64,000 nucleotides of DNA from Octopus vulgaris (taxonomy: Eukaryota): positions 20,584,001 through 20,648,000 of the forward strand of contig OX597840.1 of the NCBI GenBank assembly GCA_951406725.2, read 5' to 3'. The position numbers and the translations under genes are program-made. The notes under the pieces are model-generated. The model was not told where the DNA came from. It was given only the letters and a program-made list of their open reading frames with translations, and searched no databases. Positions 28,882-42,066 of this stretch are shown here, one piece after another; the stretch's first letter is position 1, and every line of letters begins with the position of its first letter.

Positions 28882-29370
28882 CACCATCCTTTTCCTCCAC
28901 ATCATCATTATCCTCTTCTGCCTCTTCATTATCATTATCCTCCTCCTCCTCCTCTTTCCCCTCGTCCTCCTCATCATTGTCCACATCCTCCTCGTCCTCC
29001 TCATCATCATTATCCACATCCTCCTCTTCATCATTATCCTTTTCCTCCTCATCATCATTATCTTCCTCTTCCTCCTCGTCCCCCTCTTCATCATTATCCT
29101 CTTCCTCTCCTCATCATTATCCTCTTCCTCCTCATCATTATCCTCCTCTTCCTCCTCGTTCCCCTCTTCATCGTTATCCTCTTCCTCCTCATCATCATTA
29201 TCCTCTTCTTCTTCCTAGTCATCCTCCTCCTCCTCCTCATCATCATCATCATCAACACCAATGCCAACAGGAACGTCATTATCATCATCGTTATCGTCGT
29301 CATCATCATCATCATCATCACCATCACCAATGGCAACGTCAACGCCATCATCGTCATCATCATCATCGTT
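28835..29370. repeat. (CAT)/(CCT) compound trinucleotide tract
   Basis: Seen directly. Confidence 0.9.
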
Positions 29371-29590
29371 GTGTAATTACAGTCATCACTAATAACGACA
29401 ACACCAACAACGATGAAGACATCAGAGTCCCACTTATCAGTGTAACTGGAACGGTGGAAGAGGGCACGGAAGGAAGGGAGAGGTCGTCAGGTGTGTACGA
29501 TTGACACAGCATCAACAAAACCTGATGTACAGAGACAGGTCTAAAGTTCGAGTAGTTGACAAGTCAGTGAGTGCTTTTAAGGCACAAAAG

Positions 29591-29659
<69 letters not shown>

Positions 29660-29880
29660 AGGAGAGAGAGAGAGAGAAGGAGAGAGGGAGAAACAATAAA
29701 CACAAAATCACAACTGGTCGAAGAAAGATTAAATGTAAACATTAGTTCGTTCATTGGATGTAAGACGTTTCTATTACAATGGATGATGGCTTTTATATAT
29801 CTATCTATCTATCTATCTATATATATCTATATCTATCTATCTATCTATCTATCTATATATATATATATATATATATATAT

Positions 29881-30287
29881 CGCAGGAGTGGCTGTGTGGT
29901 AAGTAGCTTGCTAACCAACCACATGGTTCTGGGTTCAGTCCCACTGCGTGGCATCTTGGGCAAGTGTCCTCTGCTATAGCCCCGGGCTGACCAATGCCTT
30001 GTGAGTGGATTTGGTAGACGGAAACTGAAAGAAGCCCGTCGTATATATGTATAAATATATGTGTGTGTTTGTGTGTGTTTGTGTGTCTGTGTTTGTCCCT
30101 CTAGCATTGCTTGACAACCGATGCTGGTGTGTTTACGTCAACGTCACTTAGCGGTTCGGCAAAAAGAGACCGATAGAATAAGTACTGGGCTTACAAAGAA
30201 TAAGTCCCGGGGTCGATTTGCTCGACTAAAGGCGGTGATCCAGCATGGCCGCAGTCAAACGACTGAAACAAGTAAAAGAGTAAAGAG

Positions 30288-30322
<35 letters not shown>

Positions 30323-30780
30323 ACTTTGAATCGGTGTTTGTTTCCCCAGCACCACTGCTTGACAACCGGTGCCGGTGCGTTTATGTTCCCGTAACTCTAG
30401 CGGTTCGGCAAAAGAGATCGATAGAATAAGTACTAGTCTTAAAAAAAAAGTCCTGGGGTTGATTTGTTTGACTAAAACCTATCAAAGCAGTGCTCCAGCT
30501 TAGCCGCAGTCAAAGGACGGAAACATGTAAAAGCAATAGATAAAATATATACATACATATATATATATATGTGTGTGTGTGCCTAGGTGCCTGCGTATGT
30601 CCAACACCGCTGCTTGACAACCGGTGTTAGTGTGTTTACGTTCCGTAATCTAGCAGTTCGACAAAAGAGACCGATATAATAAGTATCGGGTTTTTAAAAA
30701 ATATAAGCACCGGGATTGATGCGTTCGACTGTAATTGTTGAAGGCGACGACTCCAGCATGGCCGCAGTCTAGGGACTGAG
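29881..30780 (+). mobile_element. SINE-A full copy (29881-30287) followed by two diverged 3' modules
   Basis: GCTTGACAACCG..GCAGTC module recurs at about 30330-30535 and 30600-30780. Confidence 0.9.
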
Positions 30781-31687
30781 AGACCATCCTATTTTTTTTT
30801 TGTTTTGCCGGACGGGGGCGGGTGGAGGGTCCCCATTCGATCTATGCGAACAGAAAAATCGAACACCAAACCTGGTTCAAGTTAGGATCGCAACCGATGT
30901 CAGAGGACTTGCAAAGAAAACGTTTTAAGCATTCACCACACACGCACACACACACACATCAGATATATACTCATATACACACACACTCTCACCAACACCC
31001 ACACACATACACACACACTCACAGACTCACATTTACACACACTCAAACACACACTCATACACATACAAATTCACACAGACACGTACACACACACACACAC
31101 ACTTACACACACGGCACTCACACTTACACACATTCAAACACACACATACGCACACATCAGATATATATAGTCATATACACACACTCTCACCCACCCCCAC
31201 ACCCACACACATACACGTACACACACACACACACACTTACACACACTCACACACACTCATACACACACAATCACACACATACACTCACACACTCACTCAC
31301 ACAAACACAAATCGACTCACCTGACACACACACACACACACTTACACACACTCACACACACATACACACATCAACTCACCTCATACTCACACACACTCCT
31401 CTCTCTTATACACTCACTCGCGTACAGAGATCAAAACAGAAACGTATATAGACTCCGAAATGTATGTACACTGAGTCACCGACCTGCTCTTCCGGTGTGT
31501 ATACAAGCAAATGAACATGTTTCTTATTTTACGCATGAGTAAATCCAAATTGCTTTTGTCCTCAGCGTGTACCTGCTCATGCAGTTGCCAGCGAGGGCGC
31601 GGCCATGCAGGTAGTCTGCTAGAAATAGCAGCCAAGCCAATGCTATCGCAATTTATACACTGTTATACAATTTATACAATTTATATA

Positions 31688-31858
31688 GGCGTAGGAGTGG
31701 CTGTGTGGTAAGTAGCTTGTTTACCAACCACATGGTTCCGGGTTCAGTCCCACTGCGTGGCACCTTGGGCAAGTGTCTTCTACTATAGCCTCGGGCCGAC
31801 CAAAGCCTTGTGAGTGGATTTGGTAGACGGAAACTGAAAGAAGCCCGTCGTATATAAG

Positions 31859-31890
<32 letters not shown>

Positions 31891-32095
31891 TGTGTGTGTG
31901 TCTGTGTTTGTCCCCCTAGCATTGCTTGACAACCGATGCTGGTGTGTTTATGTCCCCGTTACTTAGCGGTTCGGCAAAAGAGACCGATAGAATGAGTACT
32001 GGGCTTACAACAGAATAAGTCCCGGGGTCGAGTTGCTCGATTAAAGGCGGTGCTCCAGCATGGCCGCAGTCAAATGACTGAAACAAGTAAAAGAG
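31688..32095 (+). mobile_element. SINE-A, full length
   Basis: Complete head, linker and tail. Confidence 0.92.
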
Positions 32096-32135
32096 AGAGA
32101 GAGAGTGTTGTCTAAATGTCTAAATAATAATAATA

Positions 32136-32374
32136 ATACCAGTAGTAACTGGCACGCTTGGATGTATCGGCACTCAAATACCAACATGGCTCAAAAAGAC
32201 TGGAACGAATGTAAAGGTAGAACATCTCCAAAAATCACCATTTCTTGGAACTGCGAGAGTTCTTCACAGAATTCTTGAAGCCTGATAGGTAAACAAGTGT
32301 CACCTTAGTCTGCTGGCTGTGGACGGCTGACCACTTTCCATCATACCCAGCAAAATAAGCTGAGAGTTTTCATC
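32136..32374 (+). mobile_element. R4/Dong-like LINE 3' end in (TAA)n
   Basis: IPVVTGTLGCIGTQIPTWLKKTGTNVKVEHLQKSPFLGTARVLHRILEA*; (AAT)n on both sides. Confidence 0.8.
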
Positions 32375-32421
<47 letters not shown>

Positions 32422-32422
<1 letters not shown>

Positions 32423-32669
32423 TTCAAAAGATAGTGCTCATGGGAACTGCTCATATCCTACGCAAAATACTCTCTATGTAATCCCAAGGTTTAAAACAAA
32501 AGGTTTTTTTTATGTATTAGACATTCACTAGTACAACACACCCCCCCCCACCCAAAAAATATATGGCACACTAGGCATAACAACAACGTGAACTTCCAAC
32601 CTGTTGTCTCTTGAGGTCTCTGGGTGAGACTTGGAGCCAACTTGTACAGACATAAAGCAAAAGTCAAAC

Positions 32670-32670
<1 letters not shown>
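32422..32670 (+). mobile_element. Second R4/Dong-like LINE 3' end in (TAA)n
   Basis: FQKIVLMGTAHILRKILSM*, a different 3' UTR, (AAT)n tail. Confidence 0.8.
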
Positions 32671-32720
<50 letters not shown>

Positions 32721-32999
32721 TATTTTTATTGGCCACAAGGGCTGACAAATATGATTTGAAAACATAAAGGGACAAAACAGGACGAAAGGTTACAAAAGGT
32801 TTTGTCCGTTTGTGAAAAAATCGAGTAAAAAGGCAGTTTAACAACGAAAAACTCCCAATAGGGAGAAAAGGTCTCACGTGGAAAATGATAATGATATTAA
32901 AAACAAACTTGTGTTTGTTTACATATGACATAATATAAATAGAAAAGTTTAAATACAGAGAAAACCTACATTGAAGAAAAAAAACACTCAGTTGAGAGA

Positions 33000-33345
33000 T
33001 GATCAACTTTGACTCCTGACACGAATCGACATCGAACGGACGATACAATTGTCACAAACAGACGACTCATAGTCTGGTGGCCCACTGTACAACTGGACTG
33101 TGGTAACAATACATTAGAGAAGATTGTGGAAGAGTCTGGACTTTGTAAAACGTGTGTAAAGTGGATGGCTCGTTAGCCGAGAGCTGATTTGAAGGAGAGA
33201 TGGACAAAAGTATGCTCTGAAGAACTGGAAGTATTTGAAGTCAACGAAAACACGTATTTTTCTCGATCTGAGGACAAAAGATGAAATGTGAGCGTATCTT
33301 TACGATCTGGAAGGCAGACTCCACAGAATGCTATCAGCAATGGCG
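33000..33345 (+). pseudogene. Mariner transposase fragment
   Basis: IVTNRRLIV..GLCKTCVKWMAR..then frameshift DEM*AYLYDLE, matching DRRIT..KVCARWVPR..DETWxxxYDPE. Confidence 0.65.
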
Positions 33346-33414
33346 GCTCGTGTATAGGCACTGCGGAATTGCAGCACCCCCTGTTTCCACTCGATATTAT
33401 CGATTTTTTTAGGA

Positions 33415-33730
33415 GCCCCCTTCAATCATGAATGACCATGGGATTTGCACCTAGAAAGTTACCCTCCGAGGCACAAGTCTAGGCATGATGGTTTTTATGG
33501 AAGACCAGCAGTCGCCCATGCATACCGGCCTCTCCTCTCCACACCACTGATGTTATCTAATGGAAAGGCAAAGGGGCCGATACAGCTTGGCACCAGTGAC
33601 ATGGCCACAACTCATTTCTGCAGCTGAGTGAACTGGAGCAACGCGAAATAAAGTGTCTTGCTCAAGAACATAACACGTAGCCCGGTCCGGGAATCGAACC
33701 CACAACCTCACCATTGTAAACTCGACGATG
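33415..33730 (-). mobile_element. SINE family D with RTE-like 3' tail
   Basis: GGTTCGATTCCCGGACCGGG..TTCTTGAGCAAGACACTTTATTTCGCGTTGCTCCAGTTCACTCAGCTG..ATGGTCATTCATGATTGAAGG. Confidence 0.75.
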
Positions 33731-34136
33731 GACTAGATACAATCCGGGCTACATATGTTTCATAGCGAGCGGAACCACGGATGTGGTAAATATCCAAGCG
33801 AGGTGTATACCGCAGGCTACCCGTCACACCAAGGGTATCTTCATAAGATGAAGTTTCTTTTTGCAGCTTATTGTACTTCGATACGAAACAATCCATATAC
33901 CTATATATATACACATATACATATATATTTATCAAAAGAAAAACAGGCTGCAAAGGAATTAGCGGTACATGTTTCTGGCTTTATTGGACAGTTTATATCA
34001 ATGCATAATTGATATAACATGTAGGTCAACAGCCTCCTTCAGCCGCGCACAATTACCACACCAAAGACATGTATTACATTATATATATACATACACATAC
34101 ATATATATATACACATACATATATATATACATATAC

Positions 34137-34204
<68 letters not shown>

Positions 34205-34269
34205 CCTTATACACACACCCTTATACATACTAATACATACACCAACCCTATACATACACATCCAGACCC

Positions 34270-34575
34270 CTCCCACGCACTTTTAGCTGGTCCCTCAACC
34301 CTATTATCTCCCCTTATTTCGCTCTCGCGTCTCATGTTTGATCTTTGACCTCTGGCCGAAATCAGATCGCCATGTTGATTCGTTAGCTACTGCACGCATT
34401 TTTTTCTCTCCTTCTTTCTGTGTTTCTCTCTCTGTGTATCTTTCTGTTGAAGAGCGTAGGCTCGAAACGTTAAAGACTTGTTTTATTTATATTTCCTGAG
34501 CGCCATACTAATACAATTGTTCGTTTGTTTTCCACCTGCCTTCGTCTTTTGTTTATTTTCATAAAGCTTCCCGTT
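34270..34575 (+). mobile_element. PLE-like terminus H3
   Basis: 34440-34475 cttt CTGTTGA a gagc-gtag-gctc GAAAC GTT aaag; ends in (TA)n. Confidence 0.7.
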
Positions 34576-34585
34576 ATATATATAT

Positions 34586-34684
<99 letters not shown>

Positions 34685-34687
34685 TAC

Positions 34688-34718
<31 letters not shown>

Positions 34719-34740
34719 CACACATACATATATACATACA

Positions 34741-34772
<32 letters not shown>

Positions 34773-34843
34773 ATATATACATACACACATACAAAATCTC
34801 TCTCTCTCCCTCTCTCCCTCACACACACACACACGGTTTCCAT

Positions 34844-34888
34844 TCATCTGAAGAATGCTCTATTTAGCATGAAGCTCCCAAGTCATGG
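34844..34888 (+). ncRNA. Hammerhead-like motif H7
   Basis: tcat CTGAAGA atgct-ctattt-agcat GAAG ct-ccca-a GTC atgg; 5-bp stem II; A15.1 replaced by G. Confidence 0.55.
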
Positions 34889-35074
34889 GAAAATACTGAT
34901 TTGACACAACCCACTCTCGTTTTGTTTTCGTAAAAACATTTCCGAACAATGAGTACACGTGTTTATTGTGTATATCTATTTATCTATCTATCTATCTGTA
35001 AATACATACATATACATACATATAGATACATAGATACATACATACATACATACATTTATATATAGATACATACA

Positions 35075-35156
<82 letters not shown>

Positions 35157-35171
35157 TATATATATATATAT

Positions 35172-35405
35172 ACTTTATTTAAAGCAGCAGAAAATTCAAC
35201 AAAACCTGTTACTCTGAGTTTGCCGTTGCCGTTCATTGGACAGTTTTTCTAGCAAAAACTGTCCGACGAACGGGAACGTGAAACTCAGAGTAACAGGTTT
35301 TGTTGAATTTTCTGCTGCTTTAAATAAAGCATATTACTCTACCCCTGGTATTTGAGTACTCTTTTTACCACCTTGTTTCACATTTATGTGTTTACTCCGG
35401 TATTT
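35172..35405 (+). mobile_element. PLE-like H1 inverted terminal pair plus unique tail
   Basis: Palindrome centred near 35250; plus arm ctgt CCGACGA acg-ggaa-cgt GAAAC tcaga GTA acag. Confidence 0.8.
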
Positions 35406-35523
35406 ATATATATATATATTGATAGAAATGGTAAGACAACAAAAGAATGAAAGAGACCTCGATATTATGTAAATAGAGGAATTTATCTGTAAATGTAATA
35501 TGTGGCAATTATTCGGTAGCCAA

Positions 35524-35584
35524 GATAAAACTCCGAGTTTCGGATGCCGAGGTGGAAATCCACACCGCCATCTCTTCAGTTATC
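35524..35584 (-). ncRNA. Hammerhead-like motif H4 (canonical core)
   Basis: gataa CTGAAGA gatg..catc c GAAAC tcgga GTT ttatc; 5-bp stem I. Confidence 0.65.
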
Positions 35585-35606
35585 TGGCCATCGGAATGTA
35601 TACATA

Positions 35607-35648
<42 letters not shown>

Positions 35649-36103
35649 ATTAATCAGCCGAAATTTGCTAGGATGATCCGGTTCCTGACTGAAGATTAGA
35701 GGCTTCGAATGACCCGTCCGTTTTTTGTGTCGTCTCTTTGTGTATTTTGCGTTCTTGTCCCATTTTGTATTTTTATATATAATTTTTATACATATATATA
35801 TATATATACTAGCTGAATGACCTACCGTTGCCCGGGTTACTGCTGTTCTTAATCAGATTTGTAAGTAAGAAATATAAAGATACATTTTGATAATTATTCC
35901 AAAATATTTATATTTCATTGAAAAAATATCTAAATTATAATGCTAACAGAATTTCGAACTGAAAGTCTGTCAATGTTGAAGCGCCCCAGGGTAAACAATA
36001 TTCATTAATTGTTTTTGTTGGTATTGAATTGAATAAATCGTGACAAGCGACGTAGAGTTGGCCGTGGGAGAAGTTTGTAGTAGAGAGATCAAGTCCAGCT
36101 TCC

Positions 36104-36317
36104 ATTATTTCTACACTGAGGGGAGAAAAAAGGACAGATAAACGGATTAAGTCGATTATATCAACCCCAGTGCGTAACTGGTACTTAATTTATCGACCCC
36201 GAAAGGATGAAAGACACAGTCGACCTCGGCGGAATTTGAACTCAGGACGCAGCGGCAGACGAAATACCACTAAGCATTTCGCCCGGCGTGCTAACGTTTC
36301 TGCCAGTTTGCCACCTT
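36104..36317 (-). mobile_element. SINE-B inside Helitron, 15-bp TSD
   Basis: TCAAGTCCAGCTTCC at 36089-36103 and 36318-36332. Confidence 0.92.
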
Positions 36318-36643
36318 TCAAGTCCAGCTTCCTTGAGGGATTGATCCTGGGATTTGTTGATTGAAATACCAAAACTTAGTTTGACTGGAAACTGAAGCAT
36401 CTTAAACTCAAGGAATTTTGGGAATAAAGACATTTTCTTTTTTGTGGCTACCTGTTATGATTGTTGCCCGTAGGACATGGGGATTCATGGGAGTAACAAT
36501 TAAGCAAGTTCCATTCCACAGGTGAGACGGGTCAAGGTTCCTAAGCAACGTAATGAGAGCATCCAGTTTTAGTGTCAAGTTATGCTGTGGCATCCCAGTG
36601 GGTCGAAGTGTATTCAGAAATTCAACAGGATTTTGAACAACCT

Positions 36644-36876
36644 ATTTCTTTACTACCCACAGGGAGCTAAACACAGAGAGGACAAACAAGGACAGACAAA
36701 CGGATTAAGTCGATTACATCGACCCCAGTGTTTCACTGGTACTTTATATTATCGACCCCGAAAGGATGAAAGGCAAAGTCGATCTCGGCGGAATTTGAAC
36801 TCAGAACGTAGCGACAGACGAAATACCACAAAGCATTTCGCCCGGCGTGCTAACGTTTCTGCCAGCTCGCCGCCTT
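36644..36876 (-). mobile_element. SINE-B inside Helitron, TSD
   Basis: TTGAACAACCT at 36633-36643 and 36882-36892. Confidence 0.92.
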
Positions 36877-37072
36877 GCATATTGAACAACCTGATCTTGA
36901 TCGACTGTGTCGATTGATCGAAAAGTCATTTCTGATGTGTCTGTTAACTTTTGAAGAAGTTCCCGATTGAGTCTATCAACCATTTCATTAGTTAGAGCCA
37001 GTATGGCTGTTTCACACGGCCAGTTTACATCAGTGTAATTCACAGATAACTTAGAAAATACTTTATCCACAA

Positions 37073-37745
37073 GGCGCAGGCATGGCTGTGTGGTAAGTAG
37101 CTTGCTTACCAAATACCTGGTTCCGGGTTCAGTCTCTATGTGTGGCACCTTGGGCGAGTCTCTTCTACTATATATTTCTTTACTACCCACAAGGGGCTAA
37201 ACATAAAGGGGACAAACAAAGACAGACAAACGAATTAAGTCGATTACATCGACCCCAGTGCATAGCTGGTACTTAATTTATCGATCCCGAAAGGATGAAA
37301 GGCAGACCAAGGATGAAAGCCTCGGGCAGACCAAAGCCTTGTGACTGGATTTGGTAGACGGAAACTGAAAGAAGCCCGTAGTATACATATGTGTGTGTGT
37401 GTGTGTGAGTGTGTGTCTGTGTTTGTCTCCCTAGCATTGCTTGACAACCGATGTTGGTGTGCTTACGTCTCCGTAACTTACCGGTTCGGCAAGAGAGACC
37501 GATAGGATAAGTATGTATGTATATATGTATGTATATATTTGTGTTTGTGTCTGTATTGGTTACCCCTCCATAGCTTGACAACCGATGTTGGTGTGTTTAC
37601 GTCCCCGTAAATTAGCGGTTCGGCGAAAGAGGCCGACAGAATGAGTACCGACCAGGCTTACGAAGAATAAGTGCTGGCGTCGACTTCTTCGACTAAAAGG
37701 CGGTGCTCCAGCGCGGTCACAGCCAAAATGACTGTAACAAGTAAA
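37073..37745 (+). mobile_element. SINE-A interrupted by an antisense SINE-B 3' half (37172-37303), with partly duplicated 3' module
   Basis: Head stops at CTTCTACTATA and resumes at AGCCTCGGGCAGACC. Confidence 0.85.
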
Positions 37746-37884
37746 AAAAAAAACATAAAAGAATATACACACATACAAAAACACACGTATAGTAAAAACG
37801 TGTTTTGTGTGTTTACATTATATTTATATATATTTTTTCATTCTCCAAAGTCTTCAGTGGGAAATATGTTTGTCGCATATTACG

Positions 37885-38520
37885 CACACACACACACACA
37901 CACACACTCACACACACACACACACACGTATACACACACTCACACACACACACACGTATACACACACTCACACACACACAGACGTATACACACACTCACA
38001 CACACACACACACGTATACACACACTCACACACACGTATAAACACACTCACACACACACACTTATACACACACACACACGTATACACACACTCACACGTA
38101 TAAACACACTCACACACACACACACACGTATACACACACTCACACACACACAGACGTATACACACTCACACACACACACACACGTATACACACACTCACA
38201 CACACGTATAAACACACTCACACACACACTTATACACACTCACACGTATACACACACTCACACACACACACACACGTATACACACACTCACACACACGCA
38301 CACACGTATACACACACACACACACACACGTATACGCACACTCACACACACACACACGTATACACACACTCACACACTCACACACACACACACGTATACA
38401 CACACACACACACACACACACGTATACACACACTCACACACACACACACACACGTATACGCACACTCACGCAAACACACGCACACACACACACACGTATA
38501 CACACACACACACAGACACG
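37885..38520. repeat. CA-based minisatellite (CACACGTATACACACACT-type unit)
   Basis: Seen directly. Confidence 0.9.
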
Positions 38521-38761
38521 TTGACACGTCTATTTACATATGATGACATAGAGAGAGCCGCGGGCCAGTCCCTTCATCAGCTGTCGGGTGGTGACCACAA
38601 CTACGGCGGGTGGTAGTGGTGGTGGTGGTGGTGGAGGGGGAGCGCGAGTGAAGGCCGGGTGGATGGCGGACGGGGGTGGGGGTGGCTAGGATCGGGACGT
38701 CTATGTTTACATGTGTTTACGGGAGTTTGTTGATGTTGGCGGCACACACACACACACACAG

Positions 38762-38807
<46 letters not shown>

Positions 38808-38953
38808 ACACACACACACAGACTCACACACACAACTATATGGAAGCACAGGCATACACACTAACACGCGCACGTGTATGTACGCGCGCATGTGTAAGTA
38901 TCCATGCGTGTATGTATGTATATATATATATGTGTATATATATATATATATAT

Positions 38954-39072
<119 letters not shown>

Positions 39073-39383
39073 CATACATACACATACATACAAACACGCA
39101 CACATACATATGATCTCACACATACATGTATATATATACAGATAGTGAAATATAAGTGTATTTGTATGTGTTTGTGTTTGTGTATATATACATATGTTGT
39201 GATATAATTTTTTAATAGTTCATGATATATATAAACATGTGTCTATCAATCCATCCATCCGTCTGTCTGTCTGACTGTCTATTTGTTTGTCTATATACAT
39301 ATGCACATATACATATACATATATATATATACATATATATAAATGTACACGTATATAGATGCATATATATACGCAAAATGAAT

Positions 39384-39422
<39 letters not shown>

Positions 39423-39480
39423 GTATGTATATATATATATATATATAAAACTATGTATATATACATATATATATATAAAT

Positions 39481-39527
<47 letters not shown>

Positions 39528-39568
39528 TATATATAAAACTATGTATATATACATATATATATATAAAT

Positions 39569-39579
<11 letters not shown>

Positions 39580-39637
<58 letters not shown>

Positions 39638-40062
39638 TATATATATATACACACACACATATATATATATATACACACATATATATATATACACACACAT
39701 ATATATATATATACACACACATATATATATACACACACATATATATATATATATATACACACATATATATATATACACACACATATATATATATACACAC
39801 ATATATATATATATACACACATATATATATATATACACACATATATATATATATACACACACATATATATATATACACACATATATATATACACACATAT
39901 ATATATATATACACACATATATATATACACACATATATATATATACACACATATATATATATACACATATATATATATACACACATATATATATATATAT
40001 ACACACACACATATATATATATATACACATATATATATATATATACACACATATATATATAT

Positions 40063-40103
<41 letters not shown>

Positions 40104-40188
40104 TATATATATATACACACATATATATATATATACACATATATATATATATATACACACATATATATATATACACACACACACACAT
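39580..40188. repeat. (TA)n(CA)m compound minisatellite
   Basis: Seen directly. Confidence 0.9.
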
Positions 40189-40751
40189 GACGTTTTCTTT
40201 CAGTCTACCAAATCCTCTCACAAGGCTTTGGTCGGTCTGAAGCTATTTTTGAAGACACCTGCCCAAGGTGCCACGCTGTGAAACTGAACCCGGAACTATG
40301 TGATTGGAGGCAAAAGTCTCACCATACACCTACCTACGCTCGGAATGTGTATGGAACAGTGGCCCACAATTTGGAATTTCCCAGGGACATTGCGCCGATA
40401 AAATGTAGAAATTTGGCCAAATATGTACAAATTCCGAATTTACCCAAGAATCGAAGAATTCCGTCTACAGTTCAACGCTAAAAATTGTTGCAAAAACTAT
40501 GAATAACAAATGACAAGAAGATGATATTATTAAAGATTGTGGTGTATCAGGAAGAAGTCTTAGACAACATACCCTATTTATTTTTTTCAGTTAGTCGGGT
40601 GGGTGGAGTATACGTGTGGGTGGAGTATACGTGTGGGTGGAGGAAATGGTAAGGAAGAAAATATCAGAATCTCAGAAGCTAGAATGATGGCATTTGGTAA
40701 AATTGCCAACATCCCACATTGAGGAACTAAGATTTTCTTTCTTTCTTTCTT

Positions 40752-41113
40752 TCTTTTACTTGTTTCAGTCATTTGACTGCGGCCATGCTGGAGCACCGCC
40801 TTTATTCTTTGTAAGCCCAGTACTTATTCTATCGGTCTCTTTTGCCGAACCGCTAAGTGACAAGGACGTAAACACACCAGCATCGGTTGTCAAGCAATGC
40901 TAGGGGGACAAACACAGACACACACACTTATATATATATACACATATATACGACAGGCTTCTTTCAGTTTCCGTCTACCAAATCCACTCACAAGGCATTG
41001 GTCGGCCCGGGGCTATAGCAGAAGACACTTGGCCAAGATGCCACGCAGTGGGACTGAACCCGGAACCATGTGGTTGGTTAGCAAGCTACTTACCACACAG
41101 CCACTCCTGCGCC
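40752..41113 (-). mobile_element. SINE-A
   Basis: Match to other copies, short deletion in tail. Confidence 0.92.
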
Positions 41114-41508
41114 TATGATATATAAATATATAAAGAAAACGGGAGAAATAGAAATAAATTCGGTATCTTTTACTCGCTTTTGTCATGGGGCCGTGGCCAT
41201 GCTGGGGCACCGCCCTGAAAGGTCTTAGTCGACTAGATTGGCATCGGTACTTATTTTTTTTCGTTATTTTTGAAACCTGTTACTTATTCTCTGTCGGTCT
41301 CACTTTTACCGAGCTGCTTCTGTAACGGGGACGTAAACAAACCAACACCACAGTTGTTCAACTGTGGCGAAGAAAAACGCACAAATACAAATACACACAC
41401 ACATACATAGACATACATGCTTACACATATATTTATATATAGATATGTACGCATGTATGTATGTATGTATGTATGTGTGTATGTATATATATTTATATAT
41501 ACAGTATG

Positions 41509-41625
<117 letters not shown>

Positions 41626-41638
41626 TATATACATATAC

Positions 41639-41796
<158 letters not shown>

Positions 41797-42066
41797 TATA
41801 CATATATATATATACATACATATGGACCGTCTTCGGAATAATAGAACAGAAGGGGCTAATAAAACGTCAAGGTGGAACGGTCTTGCATCGAAAAGGATCT
41901 TTGGAAATAGTGCGAAATGGGCCGACCGGGGTTGACGCTAAAAACCATAGAGACCCATAGATAGAAATGGACAACCCACAGGTAGAAATAGGCAGCTTAT
42001 AGATAAGCATGGTAGGTGTTAAGGACCGATCTATGGAACATCCCGGGACAGACTGGATCTAAAATA

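Larger units (their letters stand above)
35809..37070 (-). mobile_element. Helitron 3' portion, decayed PIF1-type helicase
   Basis: AILALTNEMVDRLN..SIDTV..PVEFLN..PQHNLTLKLDALITLLRNLDPSHLWNGTCLIV..VFIPKIP..LQFPVKLSFGISINKSQDQSL..FSHGQLYVAC; ends with GC-rich CCCGGGCAACGG then CTAG|T. Confidence 0.9.
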
